A stretch of DNA of 64,000 bases, from positions 79,724-143,723 of the forward strand of contig CAVVRY010000016.1 in assembly GCA_963750735.1 (NCBI GenBank). Direction: 5' to 3'. Below the pieces are notes generated by a model that was not told where the DNA came from, did not search any database, and worked only from the letters and a program-made list of their open reading frames with translations. The position numbers and the translations under genes were made by a program. Numbering within the stretch: position 1 is the stretch's first letter; each line of letters starts with the position of its first letter. Positions 39,903 through 49,926 of this stretch are shown here, piece after piece. This DNA comes from an uncultured Bacteroidales bacterium (GTDB lineage Bacteria; Bacteroidota; Bacteroidia; Bacteroidales; VadinHA17).

Positions 39903-40808
39903 ATGAGTGCAATATCGGTTCAGGATATAAAGCGACGTTATGGCAAAGTTGAAGCTCTGAAAGGCCTCAGTTTTGAGGTAGATAAAGGTGAGATATTTGG
40001 TATTATTGGTCCGGATGGAGCCGGTAAAACAACCTTATTCAGAATATTAACTACTCTTTTGCTTGCCGATTCCGGAACTGCAATTGTTGATGGAAATGAT
40101 GTCGTCAATGAATACAAGGAAATAAGGAAAAAAGTAGGTTATATGCCCGGTCGTTTTTCGTTGTATCAGGATCTAAGCGTTGAAGAAAACCTGAAGGTTT
40201 TTGCTTCCATTTTTAATACTACTATAGAGGAGAATTACCATCTGATCAAGGATATATACCAGCAGATTGAGCCTTTTAAGACTCGTCGGGCAGGTGCTCT
40301 ATCTGGAGGGATGAAACAAAAACTTGCCCTTTGTTGTACTTTGATCCATGAGCCTGTTGTTCTCTTTTTGGATGAACCCACAACGGGTGTTGATCCGGTT
40401 TCCCGCAAGGAATTGTGGGCAATGTTGAAGAAATTAAAAAATCAAGGTATTACCATTTTGGTTTCTACACCTTATATGGATGAGGCTAGCCTTTGCGATC
40501 GTATTGCCTTGATCCAGAACGGGGCGTTTATGAAAATTGATACCCCTGAAAATATTGTAAGAGAATACAAGCAGGTTCTATGGTCAGTTAAAAGTTCTGA
40601 TATGTCAAAGCTATTGAAGGACCTCAGAGCCAACGAAGAGATAAAAAGCAGTTTTGCATTTGGGGATACACATCACATAACCATAGCGGATATTAGTCAG
40701 GGAGAATTATCAGCATATTTAAAAAATCTGGGACATACCGAGCTTAGCATTGTCCCTATTAAAGCTGGAATTGAAGATTGTTTTATGGAATTAAGCCAGG
40801 CATCATGA
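39903..40808 (+). CDS. ABC transporter ATP-binding protein (YbhF-like, first ATPase)
   Basis: GPDGAGKTT, LSGGMKQK, LFLDEP. Confidence 0.9.
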   Translation: MSAISVQDIKRRYGKVEALKGLSFEVDKGEIFGIIGPDGAGKTTLFRILTTLLLADSGTAIVDGNDVVNEYKEIRKKVGYMPGRFSLYQDLSVEENLKVFASIFNTTIEENYHLIKDIYQQIEPFKTRRAGALSGGMKQKLALCCTLIHEPVVLFLDEPTTGVDPVSRKELWAMLKKLKNQGITILVSTPYMDEASLCDRIALIQNGAFMKIDTPENIVREYKQVLWSVKSSDMSKLLKDLRANEEIKSSFAFGDTHHITIADISQGELSAYLKNLGHTELSIVPIKAGIEDCFMELSQAS

Positions 40809-41539
40809 AAGTCATTGAAACCCGCGACCTGACAAAACAATTTGGTGATTTTACAGCTGTAGACTCCATTTCATTTGCTGTGGAAAAAGGAGAGATCTTT
40901 GGTTTTTTAGGGGCGAATGGTGCAGGGAAAACTACTGCTATGCGGATGCTATGTGGACTGAGCAAACCAACCTCAGGTTTCGGTCAGGTAGCAGGATTTG
41001 ACATTAAAAAGAATCCTGAGAAAATAAAGAAAAATATTGGCTATATGAGCCAAAAATTTGCCTTGTACGAAGACCTTAAAGTTTGGGAAAACCTTCGTTT
41101 GTTTGGCGGTATATATGGCATTCCAGATGCAGAAATCAACCCCCGTATTGATTTATTATTAGAAACTCTTGGTTTTGAAGCAGAGAAAAATACCATGGTA
41201 AAAGCACTTCCACTGGGGTGGAAACAAAAACTTTCTTTTTCAACGGCCATTTTTCATGAACCAAAAATTGTTTTTCTGGATGAACCCACCGGTGGAGTGG
41301 ATCCTGCTGCCAGACGGCAATTCTGGGAATTGATTTATGAGGCTGCAGAAAGAGGAATTACCGTGTTTGTAACGACACATTACATGGATGAAGCGGAATA
41401 TTGCGACCGGGTTTCAATCATGGTAGATGGAAGGATTGATGCACTTGATAGCCCAACAAATCTTAAAGAAAAATACAATGTGCAGTCAATGGATGAGGTT
41501 TTCTTCCACCTGGCAAGGGGCGCAAAAGCAAAAGATTAA
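40805..41539 (+). CDS. ABC transporter ATP-binding protein (YbhF-like, second ATPase)
   Basis: GANGAGKTT, LPLGWKQK, VFLDEP. I prefer the start MKVIETRDL at 40805, which overlaps the previous stop (ATGA). Confidence 0.9.
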   Translation: MKVIETRDLTKQFGDFTAVDSISFAVEKGEIFGFLGANGAGKTTAMRMLCGLSKPTSGFGQVAGFDIKKNPEKIKKNIGYMSQKFALYEDLKVWENLRLFGGIYGIPDAEINPRIDLLLETLGFEAEKNTMVKALPLGWKQKLSFSTAIFHEPKIVFLDEPTGGVDPAARRQFWELIYEAAERGITVFVTTHYMDEAEYCDRVSIMVDGRIDALDSPTNLKEKYNVQSMDEVFFHLARGAKAKD

Positions 41540-41542
41540 AGG

Positions 41543-42652
41543 ATGAGAAAATTTTTGGTATTTACACAAAAGGAGTTTTATCACATCTTCAGGGACCGCT
41601 GGACGATGATGATTCTTCTCGTTCTGCCAATTTTGATGATCCTTTTGTTTGGCTTTGGAATTACCACCGAAATAAAAAATGCACGTTTTGCAGTATATGA
41701 TCCATCCAGGGATCTGGCAACACAAAAAATCATTGAAAAAATTCAGACAAGCGAATATTTCTCGCTGGAAGCATACATAACTGATCCCGGTCAGATAGAA
41801 ACCATTTTTCAAAAAGGGGAGATCAGTTTGGTTGTTGTTTTTAGCGAACGCTTTTACGAAAACATGTTGCATACCGGTGATGCACAGATTTTATTAATTG
41901 CTGATGGTACCGATCCCAATACAGCATCAACACTTGTTTCATACGTCAGCAGACTTATTGCATCCTATCAGCAGGATCAGATGAGTGCACTTGGTGCAAT
42001 GCCCTATCAAATCCAAACGGAAGTTAAACTGCTTTATAACCCTACCTTAAAGGGTGCATACTCTACTGTCCCCGGTGTAATGGGTTTAATTTTGATGCTG
42101 ATTTGTGCGATGATGACATCCGTGTCCATTGCTAGAGAAAAAGAACTTGGAACAATGGAGGTGATACTGGTTTCGCCCATGCCTCCTTTGATGATCATTA
42201 TCTCAAAAGTTATTCCGTATTTCACCATTTCCATAATCAATTACATAACAATCTTGGTGCTGGGTGTTTATGTGCTTGATGTACCTGTTGTGGGAAGCCT
42301 ATTCCTCCTAACCATGTTGGCGCTAATATATATATTTGTTTCATTGGCATTGGGGCTTTTAATTTCATCGCTTGTGGATAAGCAAATCGCAGCTTTATTG
42401 GGTTCGGTAATGGGGCTGATGTTGCCTGCAGTATTGCTATCAGGTTTAATGTTTCCCATTGAAAATATGCCAATGTTCTTGCAGGTGATAGCACAGGTGA
42501 TTCCCGCCAAGTGGTTTATTATGGCGGCAAAGGATGTAATGATAAAAGGTGTGGGAATAACTTCCATTTTAATGGAGTTGGCTGTTCTTGGCACCATGGC
42601 CATTGTATTAATAGCCTTGAGTTTAAGGAACTTTAAAACCAGATTGGAGTAA
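41543..42652 (+). CDS. ABC-2 type permease (YbhS/YbhR-like)
   Basis: N-terminal helix, a large extracytoplasmic loop, then five C-terminal helices. 369 aa. Confidence 0.85.
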   Translation: MRKFLVFTQKEFYHIFRDRWTMMILLVLPILMILLFGFGITTEIKNARFAVYDPSRDLATQKIIEKIQTSEYFSLEAYITDPGQIETIFQKGEISLVVVFSERFYENMLHTGDAQILLIADGTDPNTASTLVSYVSRLIASYQQDQMSALGAMPYQIQTEVKLLYNPTLKGAYSTVPGVMGLILMLICAMMTSVSIAREKELGTMEVILVSPMPPLMIIISKVIPYFTISIINYITILVLGVYVLDVPVVGSLFLLTMLALIYIFVSLALGLLISSLVDKQIAALLGSVMGLMLPAVLLSGLMFPIENMPMFLQVIAQVIPAKWFIMAAKDVMIKGVGITSILMELAVLGTMAIVLIALSLRNFKTRLE

Positions 42653-42654
42653 AA

Positions 42655-43767
42655 ATGTTACGCTATCTTATAGAAAAAGAGTTTAAACAAATTAAACGGA
42701 ATAAGTTTATTCCCAGGCTTATTTTTATCATGCCTTTATTTGCCATGATCATCTTTCCTTATGCAGCTAATTTTGATGTGAAGAACATTAATTTGAGCAT
42801 TATAGACAATGATAAAAGCAGCTATTCTCAAAATTTAGTCCAAAAAGTTCAGTCTTCAGGATATTTTAGAATAAGTGGGGTTTCTGACACTTATTCACAG
42901 GCCATGCAAAGCATTGAATCAGATGAATCGGATGTAATCCTAGAAATACCCATGAATTTCGAACGATCATTGGTAATGGGACAAAAAACAGATTTAATGG
43001 TTTCAGCAAATGCAGTAAACGGGAACAAAGGTGGCTTGGGAAGTGCCTATCTGGTGAATATAATAGCAGATTTCAATAGTGAAATTAGAGTTGAGCAGAT
43101 GCAGATTGTTGAGAAAGTTTCTATTCCGTCCATGGAATTGGTGCCTTTATATCGTTACAACCCAACACTTAAATATGAAGTATTTATGGTTCCGGCCTTG
43201 CTGGTCATGGTTCTTGCCATGATAGCAGGATTTTTGCCAGCACTCAATATTGTTGCTGAAAAGCAAAGTGGAACTATTGAACAGATGAATGTTACCCCTG
43301 TGAAAAAATGGACTTTTATCTTGTCAAAACTTATTCCATATTGGTTAATAGGCTATATTGTTGTTAGTATTGCAATGGGAATTGCCTTATTTTACTGGGG
43401 GTTAAAACCATCCGGTAGTTTACTGACGATTTATCTCTTTGCCAGCCTGTTTATTGTTGCTTTTTCTGGTTTTGGGCTGGTCATATCCAATTATGCAACA
43501 ACGGTTCAGCAGGCTATTTTAATGATGTTCTTCTTTATGTTGACTTTTATATTTTTGAGCGGCTTGTACACCCCGGTTGAAAATATGCCTGAATGGGCAC
43601 AGATGATTAGCAACATTAGTCCACTGAAATATATTATGGAGGTATTTCGACTTGTTTACTTAAAAGGAAGCAGTCTCGATGACCTTAGGAAGCCCTTTTT
43701 TATATTGCTTTCTTTTGCAGCCATATTTTATACCTGGGCAATACTTAGTTATAGAAAAACTGGTTAA
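42655..43767 (+). CDS. ABC-2 type permease (YbhS/YbhR-like), paralogue
   Basis: Same architecture as the preceding gene. 370 aa, separated from it by a 2-nt gap. Confidence 0.85.
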   Translation: MLRYLIEKEFKQIKRNKFIPRLIFIMPLFAMIIFPYAANFDVKNINLSIIDNDKSSYSQNLVQKVQSSGYFRISGVSDTYSQAMQSIESDESDVILEIPMNFERSLVMGQKTDLMVSANAVNGNKGGLGSAYLVNIIADFNSEIRVEQMQIVEKVSIPSMELVPLYRYNPTLKYEVFMVPALLVMVLAMIAGFLPALNIVAEKQSGTIEQMNVTPVKKWTFILSKLIPYWLIGYIVVSIAMGIALFYWGLKPSGSLLTIYLFASLFIVAFSGFGLVISNYATTVQQAILMMFFFMLTFIFLSGLYTPVENMPEWAQMISNISPLKYIMEVFRLVYLKGSSLDDLRKPFFILLSFAAIFYTWAILSYRKTG

Positions 43768-43867
43768 GATTTTTTTCAAATATAAAATAGGAGTAGGGTA
43801 TAAATTTAATTAAACCATTATCTATTAATTATTAAAAAGATATCGGGGCAATTATTCTAAGCAATAA

Positions 43868-45427
43868 TTATAGCTCATCTGATAAGGGTACCAGTTTAGC
43901 TTTCAAATCCGGATCATTCATATCGGCATCAAGCGGATACATTGGTCTATTTATTCTTTTATATCCAAGGCGTTCCAGGTCCTGGTCAACACCACCAGGG
44001 GTTAAAGCCATTATCCAATCTGCCCTCATATCATATAACTCTGGCACCAGATAACCAATTTTAACAACAACAATATCAGTTTCTCTTGGTTTAAGTCCTA
44101 ATCTTGTAAAATCACTTTCCCTGTGATAGGGTTTACGCTTGGCTGTGACAATTATATGCACGCTTCCTACTTTAACAACAACCTCAGTCTCTGCATTTCT
44201 ATCTCCATGCTCAATAGCTTCAATGATTCCGGCAAGCCTTATTGGCGGTGCATACCGGGCATCCACATTTGCGCCTGCAAGTGCATCCACTTTTCCGCCA
44301 ACTCCTGCCTCAATGGCCTGTTTTACAAAGTCAGGCCCGGGGATAGATGCATAAATAAGAGAAGGGCCATCTTCTGATTTAAATTCAGGACGGGCCAATA
44401 TTTCCTGTAGAGTCCAGGTTACATCACCGGCTCCCCCAGCGGTAGGATTATCTCCCATATCACTTATAATATAAGGATTTTTTTCGCTGGCAATTGCCTT
44501 GTTGAGACTTTCTTCAAGAGAAGCAACGGGTGCAACAAATTCAAACTCTTCTCTTACATTCCAGAAGCTGTTGGCCAATTCTTCAGCGGTACTGGTAACT
44601 TTTTCTTTATCATCTCCTGTAACCATTACTACGGCATGATTACGAGGCTCATCAGCCCATGCATACCCGATCCATATGGCAGCATCGACTATTCCTTTTT
44701 GGTTTGCAGCCGGGGCTACTTTAGCGTATAAACTTTTACCCGGCTCTATTCTTGTGCTGGTCTTTTCTCCTGGTAGCAGGATAGGTACTGGAATCCAAGC
44801 TTTGTAAGCTGGTTTTCCTTTGCCACTTTCAATTCGTTCCAACAGATTATCTACCGCCCGTTTTTTCGATTCAATTGCATCTTCATGTGGAGCCATACGG
44901 TAGCATGTAATTAGGTCGCTATTTTCTGCCAGTCGCCAGGAAACATTGCCATGCAGGTCCATAGATGTTGAAATAATGGTTTTTTTACCAATCACTTCCC
45001 GAATTCTTACTATAAAGTCGCCTTCCGGATCATCCAGGCCAACAACACTCATGGCCCCGTGAATATCAAAAAATAAGCCATCGTAAGGACCATTGTTTTT
45101 TAGCATATCTAAAGTTTTCGTAACCAGCGATTCATATGCTTCCCTGGTAACAATACCTCCTGGTATAGCATGTCCTCTTAAGGTCGGAATCCAGTTTGCA
45201 CGCTTCCTGTCAATGGAGTCAGGAGATAAAAATGGGTAGTAACTATATACTTCATCACCAATTCTGGCATGAAATGCCTCCTCATGGGTTTGTGCAGGTG
45301 AGAAGGTGCTTGATTCAATTGCGATACCGGCAATGGCAATTCGTGGTAATTCATTCTTATCAGCACCCTGATTGCTGCACCCAAATGCAGTAAAAACAGT
45401 TATTAAGCCAAGAATTATTTTTTTCAT
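43868..45427 (-). CDS. M81 family metallopeptidase (MlrC-like), lipoprotein
   Basis: Lipobox TAFGCSN. The N-domain starts RIAIAGIAIESSTFSP, as in MlrC/DUF1485. The C-domain is present. 519 aa. Confidence 0.7.
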   Translation of the reverse strand: MKKIILGLITVFTAFGCSNQGADKNELPRIAIAGIAIESSTFSPAQTHEEAFHARIGDEVYSYYPFLSPDSIDRKRANWIPTLRGHAIPGGIVTREAYESLVTKTLDMLKNNGPYDGLFFDIHGAMSVVGLDDPEGDFIVRIREVIGKKTIISTSMDLHGNVSWRLAENSDLITCYRMAPHEDAIESKKRAVDNLLERIESGKGKPAYKAWIPVPILLPGEKTSTRIEPGKSLYAKVAPAANQKGIVDAAIWIGYAWADEPRNHAVVMVTGDDKEKVTSTAEELANSFWNVREEFEFVAPVASLEESLNKAIASEKNPYIISDMGDNPTAGGAGDVTWTLQEILARPEFKSEDGPSLIYASIPGPDFVKQAIEAGVGGKVDALAGANVDARYAPPIRLAGIIEAIEHGDRNAETEVVVKVGSVHIIVTAKRKPYHRESDFTRLGLKPRETDIVVVKIGYLVPELYDMRADWIMALTPGGVDQDLERLGYKRINRPMYPLDADMNDPDLKAKLVPLSDEL

Positions 45428-45523
45428 TTTTGTTCATTTATTTATGTTGTAATAAGCTTCCTTGTAAATATATTTAGTTATTTCAATCCAGCCCAATATT
45501 TTCTGGATTTCAATTCCTGATTC

Positions 45524-46102
45524 CTATATCCGATCAATAGAAATGTCATATTTATCCAAAAGACCAACTGCTCCCGGTAAGGAAAACTTAGCTTTTTTAA
45601 TTTTATTCACTTCAGGGTCAATGGAATAGTTATATGAAGTTCTGAAATCTGCTTTTTCAAGTATTGTATTTTCAAATGCAGCTTTCAGTAAATCGCAACT
45701 ATCAAAATCGGAATTGGTTAAATCACATTCAGCAAAATCTACCTCATTTAGCTGAGTGTTCTTAAAGCTTGTCTTCTTTAATTTTGTTTGATAAAATGAA
45801 GAATGATTGAGATTACAATTTTCGAAACCAACCAGTAAGCCAAATTCGCTGCAATTTTCAAAATGTAGTCCCAGCATTTTACAGTTTTTGAATTTTGTGT
45901 CTCGGAAAGCTGTTTTTGTCAAGTTTGCCATACTCAAATTACAAGTCTCAAATTCGCATTCAAGGAACCGGATGTTAGAAAGATCAGAATTTGAAAAATC
46001 GCAATTGATAAAATGGCAATATTCATAGTCCCCTTTTTCAAGGAAATTTTGAGTAAAGTCCTTCTTATCAAAAGTTTTTTCCTCTATAAATACGTCATTC
46101 AT
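45524..46102 (-). CDS. pentapeptide-repeat protein
   Basis: Continuous A(D/N)LxX repeats (NCDFSNSDLSNIRFLECEFETCNLSMANLTKTAFRDTKF...). Confidence 0.85.
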   Translation of the reverse strand: MNDVFIEEKTFDKKDFTQNFLEKGDYEYCHFINCDFSNSDLSNIRFLECEFETCNLSMANLTKTAFRDTKFKNCKMLGLHFENCSEFGLLVGFENCNLNHSSFYQTKLKKTSFKNTQLNEVDFAECDLTNSDFDSCDLLKAAFENTILEKADFRTSYNYSIDPEVNKIKKAKFSLPGAVGLLDKYDISIDRI

Positions 46103-46647
46103 TCTGCTCTTTTATATGCTTCAATCAACCAGGCTTTTAGTTCAGTGTCCACCTCTTCAATATTTGATATTTTCACCCTGTGTGTACACATTGTTCCAAA
46201 GGGCCCTGAATTTTCCAGTCGTTCGGTTAAATCTTTACCTACAAGCTTGAGTCCTAAATCAATTCTTGTTTTGCTTGCTGGTTTAATAAGTGCAAATTGC
46301 TTTTTTCTTACCAGGCTTACACTTCCTTTCTTTGGGACCACTTTTACATCGGTCCCGAATTCCTGAATTGTGGCTATTAGCTGTTTATAGATAGGCTTAA
46401 GGTTTTCTTTTCCAGTATATTGATTTGCAGTAAGTTCATCAGGTGCTTCAGATTCATCTTTTGAAAGAGCCACGATTGTATTTGCAAAACCATGAGTCAC
46501 ATTGAATTCATTTTTTAAAAATCCAACCGCTTCTGTATGTTTCGAAAATGACTTTTCCTTTAATATCTGTTTCCATTCATTTAACGATTTGCCTGTTTTT
46601 TCAGGCATGTTGTCAATCATTGTTTTTAAAGCTTTGTCCATGACCAA
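46099..46647 (-). CDS. DUF4287/DUF5655-type protein
   Basis: The N-terminal MIDNMPEKTGKSLNEWKQILKEK...THGFANTIV resembles DUF4287. Its stop overlaps the pentapeptide gene start by 4 nt. Confidence 0.55.
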   Translation of the reverse strand: MVMDKALKTMIDNMPEKTGKSLNEWKQILKEKSFSKHTEAVGFLKNEFNVTHGFANTIVALSKDESEAPDELTANQYTGKENLKPIYKQLIATIQEFGTDVKVVPKKGSVSLVRKKQFALIKPASKTRIDLGLKLVGKDLTERLENSGPFGTMCTHRVKISNIEEVDTELKAWLIEAYKRAE

Positions 46648-46778
46648 AAATTTTATTTTAACTGAATCTAACTTGTTTATAAAGTTATATTATTCGGACT
46701 AAAGTTAAATATTATTATCAATTATAATGAGGATAAGTTTGAACTTCCTGACTGATTTAAAGCATTTGCAAATCTGCC

Positions 46779-46786
46779 TAATTTTG
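46779..46786 (+). promoter_or_regulatory. TAnnTTTG -7 box upstream of the flavin-rubredoxin / rubrerythrin pair
   Basis: taattttg lies 125 nt before the ATG at 46911. Confidence 0.3.
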
Positions 46787-46910
46787 TTATTTTTACTTCT
46801 GAAGTAATTCAATTTCATAGAATAGTAGCATTGCTAATTGTAGGCAACTAATTGTCATATCTCGCAATGATGCATTATTTGATAATTAACTCACCCTAAA
46901 ACAATATATT

Positions 46911-47612
46911 ATGATTGATTTCGAAGCTTTATTTAAGATTTCATATGGTTTATACATTGTATCTTCCGGAGATAAGAATAAGGGAAATGGTTTTATTTCA
47001 AATACTTTTTTTCAGGTAACTTCTGAACCGGCTATGTTTGCATCATGCTGTAACAAGAATAATTATACCGCTGAGATTATAAAAGAAACAGGCGCTTTTT
47101 CGGCTTCTATATTGCCAGAAAATACAAACCCGGCAATCATCACCAGGTTTGGATATAAAAGTGGGAGGGATATCGACAAACTTGATGGCCTGAATGTAAA
47201 ATATGGTGAAACAGGAGTTCCAATTGTACTGGATGATTGCATCGCATATATGGAGTGTAAAGTAGTTGAAACGATTGATGTTGGAACCCACTATATATTT
47301 ATAGGGGAACTGGTGCATGCTGAAATGATGGATGAGAAGCTGGAACCAATCACCTACGCTTATTTCAGGAAGGTTCGCAAAGGAAGCGCACCGAAAAATG
47401 CACCAACTTATGTAGATAAAACTAAATTAGTAAAAAAGGAACCTGCTTCCGATTTTAATAAGTTTAAATGCCTCGCATGTGGGTATATTTATGATGAAGA
47501 GTTGGGCGATCCCTCAAACAATATTGCGCCGGGAACAAAATTTGAAGATTTACCGGATGATTGGGTATGTCCGGTTTGTGGGACTGGAAAAGAAGACTTT
47601 GTAAAATTATAA
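46911..47612 (+). CDS. flavin reductase-like domain fused to rubredoxin (high-molecular-weight rubredoxin, Hrb-like)
   Basis: N-terminal FMN-binding split-barrel layout, then a C-terminal rubredoxin [10 protein letters not shown]...WVCPVCG. Confidence 0.8.
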   Translation: MIDFEALFKISYGLYIVSSGDKNKGNGFISNTFFQVTSEPAMFASCCNKNNYTAEIIKETGAFSASILPENTNPAIITRFGYKSGRDIDKLDGLNVKYGETGVPIVLDDCIAYMECKVVETIDVGTHYIFIGELVHAEMMDEKLEPITYAYFRKVRKGSAPKNAPTYVDKTKLVKKEPASDFNKFKCLACGYIYDEELGDPSNNIAPGTKFEDLPDDWVCPVCGTGKEDFVKL

Positions 47613-47630
47613 TCAACAAATACGAAAACT

Positions 47631-48209
47631 ATGGAAAAATCAATTAAAGGAACAAGAACAGAACAAAATTTATTAAAAGCTTTTGCCGGAGAATCACAGG
47701 CCAGAAATCGGTATGAGTTCTTTGTTAAAGTAGCTAAAAAGGAAGGCTATGAACAAATAGCGGCTATATTTCAGGAAACAGCTAATCAGGAAAAGGAACA
47801 TGCCAAAAGGTTTTTTAAATTTCTGGAAGGTGGAATGACAGAAATTACAGCAGTATATCCTGCAGGTAAGATTGGAACAACTGCAGAAAATCTTAAGGCA
47901 GCTGCTGAGGGAGAAAATGAAGAATGGACCGAACTCTATCCGGCCTTTGCTGAAATTGCTATAGAGGAGGGTTTTCCAGAGGTAGCAGTAGCCTTTAAAA
48001 TGATTGCAAAGGTTGAAATGGAGCATGAAAGACGTTATTTGAAACTGCTTCAAAACATATCAGAAGACACTGTATTCATGAAGGATGGAAAAGTATGGTG
48101 GAAATGTATCAACTGTGGATATGTGTATCAATCTGAGCAGGCCCTTGAAAACTGTCCTGCCTGCCTGCATCCAAAATCATATATGCAGCTCAGGGAAGAA
48201 AACTATTAG
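47631..48209 (+). CDS. rbr: rubrerythrin
   Basis: Diiron four-helix bundle ligand segments (GESQARNRYEFF, QEKEHAKRF, EGENEEW, VEMEHERRY) plus a C-terminal CINCGY...CPACLHP rubredoxin-like centre. Confidence 0.9.
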   Translation: MEKSIKGTRTEQNLLKAFAGESQARNRYEFFVKVAKKEGYEQIAAIFQETANQEKEHAKRFFKFLEGGMTEITAVYPAGKIGTTAENLKAAAEGENEEWTELYPAFAEIAIEEGFPEVAVAFKMIAKVEMEHERRYLKLLQNISEDTVFMKDGKVWWKCINCGYVYQSEQALENCPACLHPKSYMQLREENY

Positions 48210-48368
48210 CTTATAAATAATATTATTATTTAGTGAAATTGTGTACTTTTTCGCACTGAATATCCAGGTGTGCAGGAATTGCTTTACTTTGTATTGATTC
48301 AACTGCATGGAATGTTTGATTATTATATCTTTGGTGTAATGCCAAAAAGCAATTTTAAATAGCAGTAT

Positions 48369-48764
48369 ATGAAACTTGAACACCTGGCCATCTGGACAAA
48401 CAAACTGGAAGAACTTAAAGAGTATTATGTTAAGTATTTTTTGGCAATTCCCAACAAGAAATACAGAAATCCAGAAAAAAACTTTGAGAGTTATTTTCTC
48501 AGTTTTGGTTCAGGAGCGCGCCTTGAAATTATGTCAAAACCAGGTATTCCTGCAAACTTAAACGATACTGAAACTAAGCAACATCTTGGTATTATTCATT
48601 TTGCCATTGAGTTGGATTCTGTTGATGCCGTGAATGCAAAAGCAGAAGAACTGAAGGCCGCAGGCTACAAAATTTTGGACGGGCCAAGAAGAACCGGTGA
48701 TGGATATTATGAATTTGCTACCCTTGATCCGGATAAAAACAGGTTGGAAGTAACAACAAAGTAA
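48369..48764 (+). CDS. VOC family protein (glyoxalase I-like)
   Basis: 131 aa. MKLEHLAIWT...HFAIEL...E.TTK, with paired beta-alpha-beta-beta-beta modules. Confidence 0.7.
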   Translation: MKLEHLAIWTNKLEELKEYYVKYFLAIPNKKYRNPEKNFESYFLSFGSGARLEIMSKPGIPANLNDTETKQHLGIIHFAIELDSVDAVNAKAEELKAAGYKILDGPRRTGDGYYEFATLDPDKNRLEVTTK

Positions 48765-49059
48765 TCCATTGCAATAGAACGGTTTGCCTTTTAGATTAGA
48801 CCATCTAAAGTAAACATTTCAGGAATTCCGACTTCAATCCTGAGGTTTATCTGTATTCTCCAAATGATCAATATTTATTTTAAGTATTAGTTAACTTTAT
48901 ATAAGCTTTCAGTCTTTCCTTAAAGGAAACTGTCATCTGTCTTACAATCTGAACGGATTTATAAATCCTAACTTGCGAAGGAAATTTAAAAGAATCATTA
49001 TGTATAAGAACAATTGGAAGCAATTGGAAAGGCGTTCAATTCAGAATTGACATGAGGCC

Positions 49060-49866
49060 TTGCTTCAACAACATCATGCAGCACAGTTTATTGCAATGGT
49101 TGGTCGGCATTTAATAGCTCAGGAATCAGATGATAGTAACACCAATATGGAATATCTGCCGGAGAGTGAACTTATAGCCGGTAATTTGCTTTCAATCGGT
49201 TTACGGATTGCTCTCAATCCCAAACAATTAAGATTATGTTTCCTCGATAGTGAAGGTGAGTGTACAAAAGAAATTATCCTGGAGGGGAAATCAAAGGCGG
49301 AAGTTTTTGAAGAATTAAAAACTAATCTTGCAAGTCTGGGATTTGATGTTTTAGAATTTAAAAACGAATTACATTATAAGCTTCCAGCTCATATGCTTGA
49401 TAAAGGCTCCTCCTTTAAAGTGGAAAATTCAGAACTTTTTAAAGAGAATACCAAATTCAGGCACAATGCTGAAATTGTTTTGAATGAAATAGTTGCTACA
49501 TTTGAAGGAGGTGAACCAGTAAAAATTTGGCCACACCATTTTGATACAGGAACGGTATTTATCATTTCGAAAGAGGAGGATGGGGAAGCCAAACAAACCA
49601 TAGGTATTGGTTTTGCTATACCCGATAGCATGGTAAGTGAACCTTATTATTATCTTAGTTTCAGGTCAAGCAATGCAGTAGAAGGTCTTATTGAACTTCC
49701 TTCTTTAATCGCTGGAGAATGGATGCTGCCAGGTTGGAAGGGTGCTATATTGAAGCATTCAGACATTTTAAAAGCTGGTTCTGCAGATGAGCAATATGAA
49801 ATTGTGAAGTCTTTTTTTATATCCGGATTTAATATGTTATTGGATCATTTAAAAAATAGTAAATGA
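49060..49866 (+). CDS. conserved hypothetical protein (WPHHFD motif); possible N-terminal extension interrupted by in-frame TGA
   Basis: TTG-initiated in the track. The same frame is coding-like from the ATG at 49000 (MYKNNWKQLERRSIQN) up to the TGA at 49048-49050. Confidence 0.6.
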   Translation: MLQQHHAAQFIAMVGRHLIAQESDDSNTNMEYLPESELIAGNLLSIGLRIALNPKQLRLCFLDSEGECTKEIILEGKSKAEVFEELKTNLASLGFDVLEFKNELHYKLPAHMLDKGSSFKVENSELFKENTKFRHNAEIVLNEIVATFEGGEPVKIWPHHFDTGTVFIISKEEDGEAKQTIGIGFAIPDSMVSEPYYYLSFRSSNAVEGLIELPSLIAGEWMLPGWKGAILKHSDILKAGSADEQYEIVKSFFISGFNMLLDHLKNSK

Positions 49867-49926
49867 ATGCCATCCAGCTTATATACTTTAGATACATAAC
49901 TTTATAATAATAGAACAATAATTAAA

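Noticed and set aside
46874-46886. attat-ttg-ataat mini-palindrome upstream of the Hrb/rubrerythrin pair, as a PerR/Fur-like box
   Set aside because: It has only 5-bp arms in AT-rich DNA, does not match the 7-1-7 Fur/PerR consensus, and is likely chance.
49048-49050. Possibility that TGA is a sense codon (Trp/Sec recoding) in this organism
   Set aside because: TGA clearly terminates well-conserved genes here (pgl at 52191-52193, the ABC ATPase at 40806-40808, the zinc-ribbon ORF at 54113-54115). No SECIS-like hairpin is evident after 49050.
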